From Felis catus (lineage: Eukaryota), in assembly GCF_018350175.1 (NCBI RefSeq), contig NC_058368.1:151654001-151718000 (forward strand): DNA of 64,000 nt, written 5' to 3'. Below are positions 24,431-38,420 of this stretch, piece by piece. Position numbers and translations under genes: made by a program. Every line of letters begins with the position of its first letter. Position 1 is the first letter of the stretch. A model generated the notes under the pieces. It ran no database searches. It was not told the DNA's origin and was given only the letters and a program-made list of their open reading frames with translations.

Positions 24431-25589
24431 TTATGGGGATCATCCCACTTCTGACATCACTATCATATGGAAAAATAATTTAGTAACTTAAGGGCATGAA
24501 CACTCTTATCCTCTTATCTAGAGCTCTTCAAATTGTACCATAAAGTGATACTGCAAAAGAAGAGTAGACTGGTCAGTATGAAAGGCATTCCTCTAATGCA
24601 TGTTTTGGTTTAAGGATGAAAACTAGTTGCTGCTTTTGCTGTTTAGTGGAAGGAAATAATTGAGGCCCTCTTGAGTCAGCAATTGTGCAATACTGTCCTG
24701 ACTATTTCGGGCCCTGATTTCTACAACTTGATATAACGCTATAGTTTGCAAATCTTCACTTCACCAATAAAGTGCCAATCTATTTAACTTCACATAGCTG
24801 ATTCATTTCAACATAATTCCTGAGCAAGGTGGCCTAGATCTCTTGCATGTAACATCCTCTCTCTTCATATCAGAGCTCAGCATGTAGGAGGCAAATGTGC
24901 TGAGGGGCAGTCCTCCAACAACCGCTCTTCCAACATGAAGCTGTTATCAGCAACAGAACCAAGCAGAGGAAGCAAGTTTTCAAGATCACACCAGCATCCT
25001 AGTCCTCAGTCAGGCCTCTGTGGTTTTAAAAACTACAAATTCTGCCAACAGCAAAGATTACATATCCTGTTTTTCTTTTTTACTATGACCTTCTAGTTCA
25101 TTCCCCAAATCCAGTATCTGTCAGTTCCTTATTCCCAATGATCACCAAAGGTGAAAGTCAAACATTCTCTGCTTTACCAAATGATATGTAGATTCCCATC
25201 TAAGTCACACCCTATTCCTTTGACACACTTCAACCTCAACTGTTCCTTTATTCTCATCTTTTCCCAATCTTGTCAATTCATTTTTCTACACCATCAAACA
25301 CATTCCCATATTCTTCCTTTTATAGACACTTGGCTTTATCTTTGATGTGATCATTTTCTTAATGACCCCTCACTAAACAATTCCTAGGGAGTTGCAAATC
25401 TTTTTCAAAAAATCTTTCAAATTCTATACTACTATTCTAAATCATTTCTGAGCCTCTTATTTTGTCCATCATTTGTCTTATAGTTTCAGTTGTCATCCTA
25501 TTGCACTCAAGACCCAATCACATGTCATGCTATCAATAACTTGCTAGATTCCCAGATATATATTTATTGACTATTTTAATATACAAAAT

Positions 25590-25816
25590 TTTATTTATTT
25601 TTTAAAAAAAAATTTTAATGTTTATTTATTTTTGAGACAGAGAGAGACAGAGCATGAACGGGGGAGGGTCAGAGAGAGGGAGACACAGATCTGAAACAGG
25701 CTCCAGGCTCCGAGCTGTCAGCACAGAGCCCGACACGGGGCTCGAACTCAGGGACTGTGAGATCATGACCTGAGCCGAAGTCGGCCGCCCAACCGACTGA
25801 GCCACCCAGGCGCCCC
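25590..25816 (-). mobile_element. CanSINE (SINEC_Fc-like)
   Basis: Full-length antisense copy; imperfect TSD aatatacaaaatttt / aatacacaaattttt. Confidence 0.97.
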
Positions 25817-26899
25817 AATACACAAATTTTTAATGTCTATATGTGTTCCATTTTTTCTAAAATAAATTGAACTTACAGTATTATCAGGATTTTCTTTAAT
25901 AACAATATGTGTAACAGGTAATCTACATCTTTTTTTTAATCCAGTCTAATGCCTTACTTCATTTCTATCATCCCGTTACTGATAATCATGTCTAATCTCT
26001 AAGCCTACAGCTCATTCTGTCCCTGTCATTCACCTTCTACTTAGGTGAGACCTGATTTAGGTAGTGATCAGTTACAAGTGGACTCAGTCATATGTCAGGA
26101 ATGAGATAAAGGCCTAAGAACTGAATTGCAGGGACAGGGCATAGATCAAAGTTTAGGTCAGGACTACCTTGATGCTTACGCATTTGATGGAGATCACATA
26201 AGGAGTTCATATCAGAGAGGAGCTGAGGCTCAGTGATGAAAAAATTCTGGAAGACAAATCTGAAAAAAATTATAAACCATGAAAGTTTATTGTTTGTTTC
26301 TGATCATGAAATGCCCCGAATCTTAAAATGGTCTCCTCAATCTTTTGTACTTTAGATATTTCCCATTATCTTATACCATGCTAACATTTCTACCTCCTTG
26401 GTCTTGAACATAATTCTACTGACCATTTTCTCCAACTTGACTTTCAAGCTCCTGATCAAGACTGTCATGAATCTAAAATTGACTATGTTTATGATATACC
26501 TATCTATCCTGACCCACTTCAGCAGAACCTATAGCTCATAAAACCCATGATTTGACTTCATATGAATCCTTCTTGTCACCCTGTCAATATCCTAGTATTT
26601 CTAATGTTTCAGTGCTTTCCAATCTCCTCAAGCCCCAAAGGCATGCTCTTCCTTCCTTTTGTACTACAATCAGAATCACCTCTTTATTGAGATCAGAGTT
26701 GGCTTCTGATCAGAGTTCCTTCAACTTTACTCTCTCTACTCCAGAATTTCTTTTTAACTCATCTAGATCTTCTTCTCTGTTACCTCAGGCAAGAGATAGT
26801 CTCACCCTTTCCAATATTACACCTTTACTTGCACACTTAGCACCAATTCCAGAACCTTGCTCAATTGACCTTCATCTTCAATAACATTTCCACTGACTT

Positions 26900-27114
26900 T
26901 TTAAAACAATGTATATTTATTTATTTCGAGGGACAGGGAGTGAGACAGAGGACAAGTGGGGGAGGAGCAGAGAGAGAGGGAGAGAGAATTCCAAGCAGGC
27001 TCCATGCTGTCAGCACAGAGCCCAACGCTGGGCTCTATCTCACTAACTGTGAGATCATGACCTGAGCTGAAACAAGAGTCAGATGCTTAACTGACTGGGC
27101 CACCCAGGTGCCCC
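26900..27114 (-). mobile_element. CanSINE (older subfamily)
   Basis: TSD tccactgactt at 26889-26899 and 27115-27125. Confidence 0.96.
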
Positions 27115-28621
27115 TCCACTGACTTCTTTTTGATTCACCAACATAAAAGTACCTAAAAGTACTAAAAAAACAGATATGTGTGTATATGAATGATTAGACA
27201 AATGAATAAATGAATGAATCAATGAGTATGTTTACTGTCCCTTGATGACCATTTCTTTATGGGTTAGGGATATTTTATGACCACCAGAAAAGTGTGTCCT
27301 ATTCCCAGCTAGTTGACGTCCTTTCAGTGGAAATTCCAGCTCCAGCACTGCAACTGTTGAATGTGGGCATCAGTCAGCACCGAGTGAATGGTTTTTTGGT
27401 CCCAAACTTTACTCCTTGCTCATGTTTCTGAGCTAGACACTGGGGTCCAACACTAAACTGTAGGCAGTGAGGGCTACTTGGTGGGGACATTGTCTCCACT
27501 CTAGAAGTTTGAGGGTAGGGTTATGGAGATCTCTGAAGCCTAAGCAATGGCCAGGATAAGCCATGTTCAATTTCTGGGCTGAGGTTTTATCACAGCCTTT
27601 TGCAATTTTCACATGAATTGGGGCTAGTGTTGATGAATTATTTTTTTAAACTATCTATGATTTATGTAATTATATTAAGGTAGCTTGAGGTTTTTCTCTA
27701 CATTGTGTCAAAGACATCATAATTATCAATAGTTTTGCTTAACTAGAAACATACAGATTGTAAAAAAGGAAAAGAATCTAAAAACAGTAAAGAAAATCAA
27801 GAATTTGAGGAATGTTTCATATCTATGCAGAATCCATTTTACAATTCAAATATTATCAAGAATAGGCCATTGTGTTTTACATGCATTTAATTTAAGCACT
27901 CATAAAATGCTGAAATTATCTATGATACTGATTTATATTCTGACACTGGAAATAAAACAACATTATTTTTCTTTCTTTTGCAAAGAGCAAAGGGTTTCAG
28001 AATCAAGTTTGTCTTCAAGCAGCAGCAAAGTCTTGCTGACAAGATATTTTGGAACAACTTGCTATTAGGAAGGAAGTCTGAGTAGGAGGATGAGAAATAG
28101 CTTATGCCCATATGACACATACAAGTTGTGAACGTGTTAGAAGTCCATGATGTAGAACATAAGAGGATGTAATAATTTATCTCAGTGACATAAAGGACCT
28201 TATTCTATTCTTTTGTTTTTATAGCTCTATTCCGAATTAGATTTTCTTTCTCTTCTGTTTTCATTTACCTGATGGTTATAAACATTACAATTTATAACAT
28301 GATGAGAAAATGGAGAACTTTTCAAAATATCTTGAACAAACTGCATGGACTTTCATGTTGAAGTCATCTAACCTTGTTACTCTAGGTACATGGCAAAGAT
28401 ATTGTTGCATGGGAAATATCAGTAAATTCTACCCTCTTTTATATAATGACTTACACTTTTACAGTGACTTTATCTAAAACTGTCACAAGGGCTTTGTATG
28501 TAAACTTCTCTGCATCTCATAGAAATCAGTAGCAAAAAACTTCACAAAAAGCAAACACCCAAAAACTCCTACTGTCAAAATTATTATCCTAGAACACAAG
28601 ATAATCAAATGATTCTTTTCT

Positions 28622-28823
28622 TTTTTTTATTTTACAGAGCAAGCGAGACAGTGAGAGAGACAGCGAGCAAGGGAGAGGAGCAGAGGGAGAGAGAGATGAT
28701 CTTAAGCAGACTCCATGCCCAGTGTGGAGCCTGATGTGGGGATCGATCACATGACCCTGGGATCATGATCTGAGCCAAAATGAAGAGTCAGACACTTCAT
28801 TGACTGAACCACCCAAGGACCCC
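28622..28823 (-). mobile_element. CanSINE (older subfamily)
   Basis: 17-bp TSD tcaaatgattcttttct at 28605-28621 and 28824-28840. Confidence 0.95.
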
Positions 28824-29446
28824 TCAAATGATTCTTTTCTAACATTATAGAATTTGCCCAATAATGAATTCAACAATTATTGAGCTTCTATAAATTCAAA
28901 ATTCTAACAGGTCCTTGAGGAATCCACAGATGAATAGGCCAGAAGCCTCCATGATCTCATTTTTAGCTCCACTATATCCCCTAAATTTACACTTATCTAT
29001 ATCTTCTAGTAAATGGGCTCTCCCCTTTAAGCCCTCATAATATTCTGAATTTCTTTATGGAACAAAGTTTTGTCATTCCTGTATCAAAGTCATATATTCC
29101 CTTATACAAATCATGTGAGTAGCTTGTAAGACTGAGTTCTTTGAGGGTAAGAACACCACCTTATATACCTTTGTGTCTGCTAAAATACATGTCTTAGTAC
29201 CTTATCCTTTGTAATGAAATCTCTTATAGCCATCTCACAAGGCAGTTTAGAGGGAATGCCAGATGAATGGCACAAACAGTGAAGAGTTATGGGGAAAAAG
29301 AAGAGGCGAAGGCAACTTCCAACTTCAGGCCACTTAGAAATGTTTAGGGAGAGGCAGCCTTTGAATTAAAGACCAACTGACACCCTTTGATTAGTAACAT
29401 TAAGGTGTATAATTCTCTAAGTTTTTAAGTTTAAATTACTAAATTA

Positions 29447-29661
29447 GGGGCGCCTGGGTGGCTCAGTCGATTAAGTGTCTGACTTTGGCTCAGGTCATGA
29501 TCTTGCGGTTCGTGGATTTGAGTCCCATGTTGGGCTCTGTGCTGACAGCTCAGAGCCTGGAGCCTGCTTCGGATTCTGTGTCTCCCTCTCTCTCTGCCTC
29601 TCCCCCACTCACACACTGTCTCTCTTTCAAAAATAAATAAACATTACAAAATTTAAAAAAA
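29447..29661 (+). mobile_element. CanSINE
   Basis: ggggcgcctgggtggctcagtcgattaag head, CT tract, A tail; TSD core tactaaatt on both sides. Confidence 0.97.
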
Positions 29662-29734
29662 TACTAAATTCTCCAAAGGGAAAAAAGGGACATTCACAAT
29701 ATTTGTTTTATTTATTTATATGAATTAGAAGATT

Positions 29735-31230
29735 GGTGCATATTTGTTTCAATTATGTATCATATAATCACATGTTTATTCCATCCCAAAACTTAACAGT
29801 ATAAAACAACAACAATTTTATTGTATTCATGATTTGGTCAGTCATGAATCCAAGGAGGGCATAGCAAAGATGGCTTATCTTTTCTACGTGATGTCTGTGT
29901 CTCAACCAGGGTGTCTCAACAGGGGTGGCTAGGATGGCTTGCCAGGGGCCTCTGTTCTGCCTGTCTTAGAAGGATTCTTTGGTTCTTCTCCACATTGTTC
30001 TTGAAGGTTCTGGTTGTGATGCCTGGCATGGCTAGGGGGCTCACCGGTCCACTTTCTTTCCACTCAGCCTATGTAGCTAACTTGAATGTACTCATAGCAA
30101 GATGGTCTGAGGGGATGTATGGTAGCAAGAGAACTTCAGTGGGCATTCCCATTCAAAAGGAGGGAAGAGGGGAAAGTAGTAGTCACTAGTCCAAAGCTTC
30201 TAAAATCCAGCCAGGACAGCATTGCCAGTTTCCTAACTGGAGTCCAGTCATGCTTTCTTGGAGCTGTTTTCTATGGTTTTAAACTCCACTGCCCAGCTTA
30301 TTGGCTCTACACTCTTAAGGATCCTTCCTTTTCCATAGGAAATGGCCCATGTTGGCAGCTGTTTAACTTTTTCAGCCTGCTTTCTGCCTGTACAAAGATT
30401 GGGACTCTATTTTACTTTTGAACTGACCCTCTTTCATTTAATATAGATTTCAGTGCTTCCACAAATTGTCCTAAAAACACTGTGGCTTTCTCAGGAATAT
30501 TATTTATGTTTATTAGACAAAAGCACATCACAAACCTCTTGGAAACAGGAGGCTCTTTGTCTTGGGCTGAGAGTCAGGGTGCTGTGGTAGAATACCCTTT
30601 AAAATCCATAAAAACCCTCTAGGAAAAAGGGTCTAAGACGTGAGCTTACAGCTTTGTTGTTCTTGTTTTTGTCTAGTGGAGAGAGTCCATGAGGAATATC
30701 ACTAAATTGATTTCCATTCTCAATAAAGGGTTCAAGCTGCCCTCCTGACTCCATCTTTAAACTGAGACGGTATTTTATTAGCAGCTGGCTGGATTGATCA
30801 TTACCCTGAGGCCATTTCTTACTTTGTGAACCTTATTCTAGATGGGTCAACTTTCCTTTATCTAACCTAACTCTAGAGTCCCTCTAAAATCTGCTTAAAA
30901 AGTAAACACTTCGTCCGTAAGTTCATCTCTTTTCTCATATTTTGCCACATGTAGTTAGAAGCAGCCAGCGAGCACTTTCAACCTTCTCCTTAGCCACATC
31001 AATGAGTTTCTTAGATAACCTTTCTCATTTACATGTTACCACAGGTAAGGCTCATATTTCTGTCAGTAGGTAACCTGAGCTCCCTTTCCTCCAGCCTCCA
31101 GTGATAATTTCTGGGTTGTCCTTTAAGTCTTCACTGACCACTCACATGCCCTTGCAGCCTCTTTCCACCAAGGTGAATGCCTCACATTTTGGTTCTTTTA
31201 TGAAAATCAACTAAATTCTGGATCCAATAG
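29735..31230 (-). mobile_element. MaLR (MLT1) LTR plus probable internal-region remnant
   Basis: Antisense MLT1 end cccaaaacttaacagtataaaacaacaacaattttattgtattcatgatttggtcagtcatgaatcc; the continuing C/T-rich sequence resembles MLT1-int. Confidence 0.6.
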
Positions 31231-31775
31231 TTTTATCAGTCAGTATTCACTCAGAGATGCAGAAGCACTATGTGTATGTAGTAGGAAAAAGAAATGTATT
31301 ACAGGAGTTAAGACTCCCACAATTGGGAGAGAAGCTAGAAATGTAAAAACAAACAAACAAAAAAGGAGTCGTAATTCCAGAGAAAACTAACTAGCCATCC
31401 CTCGGAGAGGTCAGTGAGTTGGCTCTTACATGGAAATCTAGATGCTATGCCTATCAGCTGCAGAAATGGAGTCATAAAAGGAGGCCGGTGTAGAAACCCA
31501 TGCAAGGTTATTGGCTGTTCATGACTATTGTCTCTGTGAGTGCACAGTAAAATACCTGGTGGCGAGCCTAGTGCCAATAGATGTGTCAGACAGGAGGGAG
31601 AGCTGGCCTCAGGGATGGGAAGACAAACGAAAAATGGGAAACCACCTGCAGCTCTAGATCTGTCTCCAATTGTCTGTGGCTAATAACACAGACCACCCAG
31701 GGAAGGGGCTGCTGGAAAACATAGTTCTCAGCTTAATCAAGTTGATAATGTAATAGTACATAACTATAGTCATCA
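31230..31775 (-). mobile_element. ERVL-type LTR (MLT2-like)
   Basis: tatcagtcagtattcactcagagatgcagaagcacta at one end and ctcagcttaatcaagttgata...catca at the other. Confidence 0.55.
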
Positions 31776-31929
31776 AAGAAAATGTGAAAATGACAAAAAC
31801 ATATAAAGAAGAATAAAAATTATGCATATGTTCAAAACTGAGAGGTAAATGCTATTAACATTTAACAGATCTTTACTCTGAAACACTTCATTTTATTATA
31901 GAGGATTTAACATTGGGAACATGGTGATT

Positions 31930-32685
31930 ACGAAATATAGCATACTGATGAAGGACCAGGTTTTGGTTTGCTTAGCCAGGTTTGAATACCAGACTTCTCA
32001 CTTTTAAGTGTATGACCTTTGGACTAAATAATGAACATCTCTTTCCTCTATTTTACCTAAAAAGAAGGATAAAAAATAGAACCTATCTGTAGTACAGCCT
32101 TCCAACAAGGTCCGTGTCCTAATCCCTAGAACCTGTGACTATGTTAGGTTTCATGGAAAAGAGGCATTTAGACTGAAGATGGAATTAAGTTTGGCAGTCA
32201 CCTAGCAGAGTATGAAATCGGAGTGGGGTTATCCTGAATTATGCAGGTGTACCCAATGCAAGCACAAGAATTTTTACAAGTGGAAAAGGCATGAGAAAGC
32301 TTGGAGATGTGGCCATGTGAGAAGGATTCAGCCTGACCTTTCTGGCTTTGAAGATGGAGAAAGTGCCACAGTCTGAGGCTAGAAATAATCCAGAAAAGGG
32401 AAGAAAATAAATTATCCTGTAAAGCCACCAGAAGGACATAGCCCTGCCAATACCTTGAGTTTAGCTGAGTGAGACCCATTTTGCCTTCTCACCTCCAGAA
32501 CTGTTAAGAAAAGAAACTTGTGTTTCTTTAAACCACTAAAAGTTATGGTAGTTATAGCAATAGGAAATAAATATACTACCTCATGGGAGTTTTGTGAGGA
32601 TTAAATGAAATGATACATGTATGTACAATAATTAAAATAGGTCTTAGCACATGGCAACTACTCAATAAATGTGATTATTTACTAT
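31930..32685 (+). mobile_element. MIR split by an MLT1 LTR
   Basis: gtatgacctttggactaaataatgaacatctct...aatagaaccta resumes after the LTR as cctcatgggagttttgtgaggattaaatgaaatgatacatgt. Confidence 0.75.
32088..32575 (+). mobile_element. Solo MaLR LTR (MLT1D-like)
   Basis: Starts TGTAGT, gtcctaatccctagaacctgtgactatgtt, cttctcacctccagaactgt, ends gcaataggaaataaatata; 5-bp TSD ctatc/ctacc. Confidence 0.9.
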
Positions 32686-32707
32686 CAAAAATTATAATTT
32701 TACATTG

Positions 32708-32763
32708 ATATCTATATCTATATCTATATCTATATCTATATCTATATCTATATCTATATCTAT
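32708..32763. repeat. (TATATC)n hexanucleotide microsatellite
   Basis: About 9 perfect copies. Confidence 0.97.
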
Positions 32764-32779
32764 GTATATAAAATAACTC

Positions 32780-33900
32780 CCCTGTTGCTGGAAAGTTAAA
32801 TTGTATTCAATTTCTTGTTATCAGAAAAATGCTTCAATGGAAAAACTGAACGGAGACCTTGTCTGTCTTGATGCCTATTATAGACTCAGCAGCTAATACA
32901 CTTAGTAGGGGCTCTATAAATATTCATTAAATAGATAAATGAAGAAATGATCAACATATTTGTGCCTATATATATTTTCACATTTGTCTTTTGTCTTTAG
33001 GCTAGATTCCCAGAAATGGTATTACTGGATCAAAATGAGCTGAACATTTTCATGCTCTTTATACCTACTGCCAAATGGATTTTCATAAAGGTTACACCAA
33101 TTTACACTCCCACAGCATTGTATGAATTTGACTCTGTCATTCTTCCCATGTTAACATTGACTACCCTACATTTTAAAATCTCTGATAACTTTTTGCCTTT
33201 TCATCATTCCTTTAATTGCATTTTTAATTATTTATCATGTTGAAAAAAACATTAATGATTATTTGACTAATTATTTGACTTTTCAATAATTTATTGTGTG
33301 AATTATATGACGGTTAGTTTCAAATTATAAATTATTTTAAAGATAAGGAGCATAAGGAAGATATGGAAAATAAGCTCCCCTGAACCCATCAGCAAAGTTT
33401 GACAAATGTTATCAGTTTGACAATATTAATTCATTTATCAATTTCTTTTTGAAATAGATCATGATAGGTATGTTTGAGATATCTTCTATTCTTCTTTTTC
33501 TCTTTCTCTCTCCCTAGGGAGTATTCTGCAGATTCTCGTTTATGTTTTTCTACTTTTATGTGTTCGCACACAACACACGTGTACCCACAATTAATAGGAA
33601 TTGCCTCTTTTTCCAGAGTGTATTTTTCATATTAATCAATGAGTTCTTTGTATCATAGGATTTTAACTCTTTGTTTGTCATATTTGTCGTACATATCCTC
33701 CCATGTAGTCATTTTAATTATATTTGTTTTTAAATTGATTTTCACCTGATTACATTCATTTGATATAGAATTGTATAGAATTAGTATTAAAGTTCCATGG
33801 CTTTCATTTATGTATTTAGTATAATGGCAATGCCTTAAGGTAGTAATTATTAACACTTTCTGAGTCATGATTTCTGATCTTAGAATAAATTGCAATAAAT
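32780..33900 (-). mobile_element. Very old L1 (L1ME-like) fragments
   Basis: tagattcccagaaatggtattactggatcaaaat, ggttacaccaatttacactcccacagcattgtatga. Confidence 0.6.
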
Positions 33901-36186
33901 ATAGGTTGATAGCAGCTATTAAAAATCTGTATTATCTGATTATCTTAACGTGAAATTTGCAAAACTTAAGATCTCTTTACGTTTTACATCTTGATCAATT
34001 CTCTCTTTTTACAATATTAGCTTATGGTGGAGGCTGAAATGATAGTGGTATCAGTAATTAAAATTTATCAAATAAGCAAATTCCAGAGATACACTAATAT
34101 TCATCAAATCTTAAGTAATATCAAGAGAACACAGTTTTTCTGAGCTACTAAAAGGAAAGGAGTAAAATATATGATTTTCAGTGGTAGACTTCCCTTATCT
34201 TAGTATAAAGGTGTTACAAATCATTCAACATTGTTTAAAGCTATGATATTTTCATGAAACACAAAAATGAATTTAATCAAATAGATGTAAGGTATAATAA
34301 AATGGCTTCCTAGCATATACAGGCAAGACATTATAAAAAGGAATTGTATTTTGGACTATGACTTAAGAATATAAAACTTTATTTTAAAATACCAGACAAA
34401 ATTTTCTCAGTAACATGTAATCAATGGGTAAAAATCTAGGATTCATCTTCCCTTAAATTTTCCTTAGATGCAAACTACCATAAAAGAGAAGCAAAAATGA
34501 GCCAGTCACGATGTTGTTGTGGACGTGTATGGAGAAAGACATGATTTCCCCTTGCCTCCAGAAAACATATAATAATATGACCATTTGTTGGAGTACAGGA
34601 ATAAATTATAATCTTAAAATATTTCATTGGAAAGTGTGTTCAATGGGAAGAAGCTATGTTTATGTATGTTCAGAAATCAGCAGACAGATACGAAGATAGC
34701 AATTACCTAATATAAAAGTATTTAACATTTTTGAACATATGCACACAAAAAAAACCAATAAAAAACTGCAGTGTCTAATGGTATCTCTGTGACCAGAGAT
34801 ACAATAAAAGCAAAATAAAAATTAAAGGATGAAATTGTCTAGAAATTAGGTTTAGCTGATATTACCACACAGAAATATTTCATTTAAAAATGTGAACTTT
34901 AAATACATTTCAATAAACAACCAGGCACAATTAAGTCTATATTTGTTAAGGAAATGATAAATTTAAGAAATTAAAAGTGTGTTTTTGGTGAACACTCTGT
35001 TAAGAAAGTGCAATCACTTAACCTATTCACTCTGATTTTAAATCAGTGCCCTTCAGCTTTCTCTCAGCCAGCTCTGCTGGAAACTGGCAAAGAGCACAAA
35101 TGGAGACTAAACTTAGATTCTATTGCTTTCCTCTAAAAACGACTCATCAATTTAAAATACTTGGGCAAATGAAACTGACAAATGGCTTTCTACACTGAAT
35201 ATACCTAAGAGCTACGAAAATGATAATAATTTGCTTTTTACTCCTCGATTCATGTAATAAGAAAGGTTACAAATTTCAAAAGAGGGCACTATTTTGGGAA
35301 ATAGTTTCAGGAATGAAAACATTAGAAGGTAGGCTATTTATAACTTCATATAATCTGATGTAAATATGCTCTGGCAATGGGATAGCCAGACTTGAATTTG
35401 AAAACTTCCTACTGTTATTCAGAAAGCTTTTCACTGTTTCATTATGATTTTTTTTTCTTTCAAGATTAAAGTGTATGGCAGGCTATCTTTAGTAACCTGA
35501 CCTAATGGTCTCTTTTATCCACTCCTTCCCCAAAGCCCACCCTAATGCAAGGAACCTTTCCCAAGTGCCCTGGGAAGAAATCTCCTTGGGAAATTCTTCA
35601 GAAGGCTATTTAGAGAACACATGGTGACTGAAATAGTTTCTGAGGAGATGCATTGGCTTTTCTTGAGGGAGGGACTGTCTGGGCCTCCCTTGCCAGATTC
35701 TTCTGTGGATAGTTCTTTGCTCTCTCTGGTCTTTAGCCTGGTGCAAATTTATTTGTTCCATTAGATTTACATAACTCATATTTTTAGAGAAAGAGATTTC
35801 ACATTAAATACTCATTTGTAGTAAGAAATTTGGAAAAAGAAGCAAAAGGGAAAAACTGAGGAGAAGGGATGGAGAGAGACGATTTGAATTAAAAAAGTTC
35901 AGAAAGTGAAGAAAATATAGAGTCTAGGGTGCCGCCAAAAGGACACTGAGATGGATGCTAGAGAAGGTGTCTATGACACCTTCTGACAGCTGCTGGATTG
36001 TAGAAAGATGAACACATATTTTAATAAATATATATCTTGGGTGAGATATGGCCTGTCTGGCAGAATTTGTGAAACAAAGGAGTCTGGAGTTTTCATTACA
36101 CTTTTAACGTACATCTTATTTTTTTTTAAGTACTTTTTGTTTCGATCTCATTAGCAAATAAATTATCCTAAGAACAATATAGTTCT

Positions 36187-36400
36187 TTTTTTTTTTTCAA
36201 CGTTTATTTATTTTTGGGACAGAGAGGGACAGAGCATGAACGGGGGAGGGGCAGAGAGAGAGGGAGACACAGAATCGGAAACAGGCTCCAGGCTCTGAGC
36301 CATCAGCCCAGAGCCCGACGCGGGGCTCGAACTCACGGACCGCGAGATCGTGACCTGGCTGAAGTCGGACGCTTAACCGACTGCGCCACCCAGGTGCCCC
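36187..36400 (-). mobile_element. Young CanSINE (SINEC_Fc-like)
   Basis: Perfect 16-bp TSD agaacaatatagttct at 36171-36186 and 36401-36416; CpG-rich. Confidence 0.98.
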
Positions 36401-37864
36401 AGAACAATATAGTTCTAAAGATAATTGATTTAATTTTAAAGATGGGATATTCTCATTTTGTTCTCTTTTTTCCCAGGCCACATCCCTAACTGTGGCCAGG
36501 TATTTGTGCTGCAACAGCCATGATCCTTTCAAATAAGCTTACATTTTTAAAAGAAACCTCTAAATTGGATTTATCCTAAAACTTTCCACAGACAATCTAG
36601 TTGTCCATGTCTTGCAATTAATCGTGGAAATAACCTGTAGGGAAAAAAAAAAGCACACAGACAAATGGAAAGTTTTACTACCCATCCTACACTTGCTTCA
36701 GTTTCAGAACTGATGATGGGAAATATCCTGTTTATTGAGACTGATAATATCCAATTCAGGTATTTCCATCAGAAAGACAAAGATCCTCCAAGTCAAGTAT
36801 TATCTACATGAAGAAAAGAAGGAGAGGCTCAAACGACAAGCTCAGCTCCTGACTAATTGCCACAATAAGACAATGTGTGGCTTTGCTGCTAGAGAGCTAA
36901 ATTGGCACACTGTGCGTTCTTGTTGGAATTAAAAGATGGCTGGGGGGGAATACAAGAATACTCTTATAAAAAAAGTTAGGAGGTAATCTCGTTATAAGTT
37001 TTCCAAACTTCCCTACTGAATGTTTGTTCCAAACTTTATTTAAATAGCATGTTACAGCGATACCTCATTTACATGGTATGTCAAAGTGTTATAATTTCCA
37101 CATTTCTAGACTCCCAGGTCCAAGACAGCATTGCATAATGAAGGGAAAGGTTACAAGATTTCTAGGAATGGATTTCTGCGTAAATAATCATCAGTTATTT
37201 TATCAACCTTCCATGGACAATGAGGTATCTATGATGTATTGGCTATTACTTACTCAATGTTTTTACCCTCCATGGATTTAGGCATTTTTAGTAAACACAG
37301 AAAAGAGATTCATTATACTGTGGAGTATTTCTTTTTTAATTCTGTTACTTTTTTTTTTTTTTTTGCATTTGCGTTTTATCACAAAATTCATCTAAGCATA
37401 GAAATGGTTGTTTCTCATTGGGGAGTTTATCTGCCAAAATGTTATTGCTATAGGAAATGTATGTCACATTGGATTATCACTTGGCACTATCAAGCCAGAA
37501 CACTGTGAGCCTTAAACTTGGTTTAAAAGAAATCTAATTAGTATCAACTGAAAAAGAAGATCCCTAAAGATATTTCTTTCTTACTTTCCCTAATATAAAA
37601 GGTGATTTGTGATAAAACTGTTAATCTGTAATCATTTTTGCTACTCAAAATAAAATTTGACACTTTCAGAACATATTATTCTTAGTAATAGGCAAATTTC
37701 CTTAATACAAACTTAAAAATATAGAGGAGGATAATGAATGAATAGAAAATATTATTCCTAGTGAAAAGCAGCCATGAGGGCACTGGTGAATGAAAATATT
37801 ATAAGGCTGTAAGGTGTTTGTAACTGTATTCAGTACAGTTCTCCAGAAAAATTTAGTGATGTTT

Positions 37865-37965
37865 TATATATTCAACCAATAATTTATTGAATAACTACTA
37901 TGTGCCAGATACTGTATTAACAAAGGAAACACAAAGGCTCTGCAATGACCATGAAATAAAACTCT
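37865..37965 (-). mobile_element. LINE-2 3' end
   Basis: ttcaaccaataatttattgaataactactatgtgccagatactgtattaa. Confidence 0.65.
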
Positions 37966-38051
37966 ATCATTGCCCTTACCCACTTTATAATCCCATCTGC
38001 AGGCAGTTCTAAAGAGTAGCTTTACTCCCAAACAAAATTCAGCAGGAGTGT

Positions 38052-38054
<3 letters not shown>

Positions 38055-38095
<41 letters not shown>
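38055..38095. repeat. (CA)n microsatellite
   Basis: About 17 perfect CA units plus imperfect flanks. Confidence 0.97.
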
Positions 38096-38097
<2 letters not shown>

Positions 38098-38239
38098 AAC
38101 TATATGAACACATACATACATATCTGCACATACACATTTATTCAATCATATATGTATGTGTTTGTGCACATGCACATACTTGCATGTACACGTAAGTAAA
38201 AGGAAGAGGTGAAAAATCACACAAAGAACTTGCTCTTTG

Positions 38240-38420
38240 CAATCTGACATACTTGAATATTACTTAAATGATGTTGAACCTCAATTTTTTAATCTATGAA
38301 TGGGATTGTCGGTATTTCCCACAGAGGACTTTTTAAAGTATTAAAAGAAAGAGGATATGCAAAGTATTTAGCTCAGCGTCTGCCATATGAAAGCAAAAGA
38401 GAGCTATAGTTGTTATTATT
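38240..38420 (+). mobile_element. MIR remnant
   Basis: ttacttaaatgatgttgaacctcaattttttaatctatgaatggga...atatgcaaagtatttagctcagcgtctgccatat. Confidence 0.6.

Noticed and set aside
27270..27720. Possible old ERVL-type LTR
   Set aside because: Composition is suggestive but I could not match termini or diagnostic motifs well enough to list it
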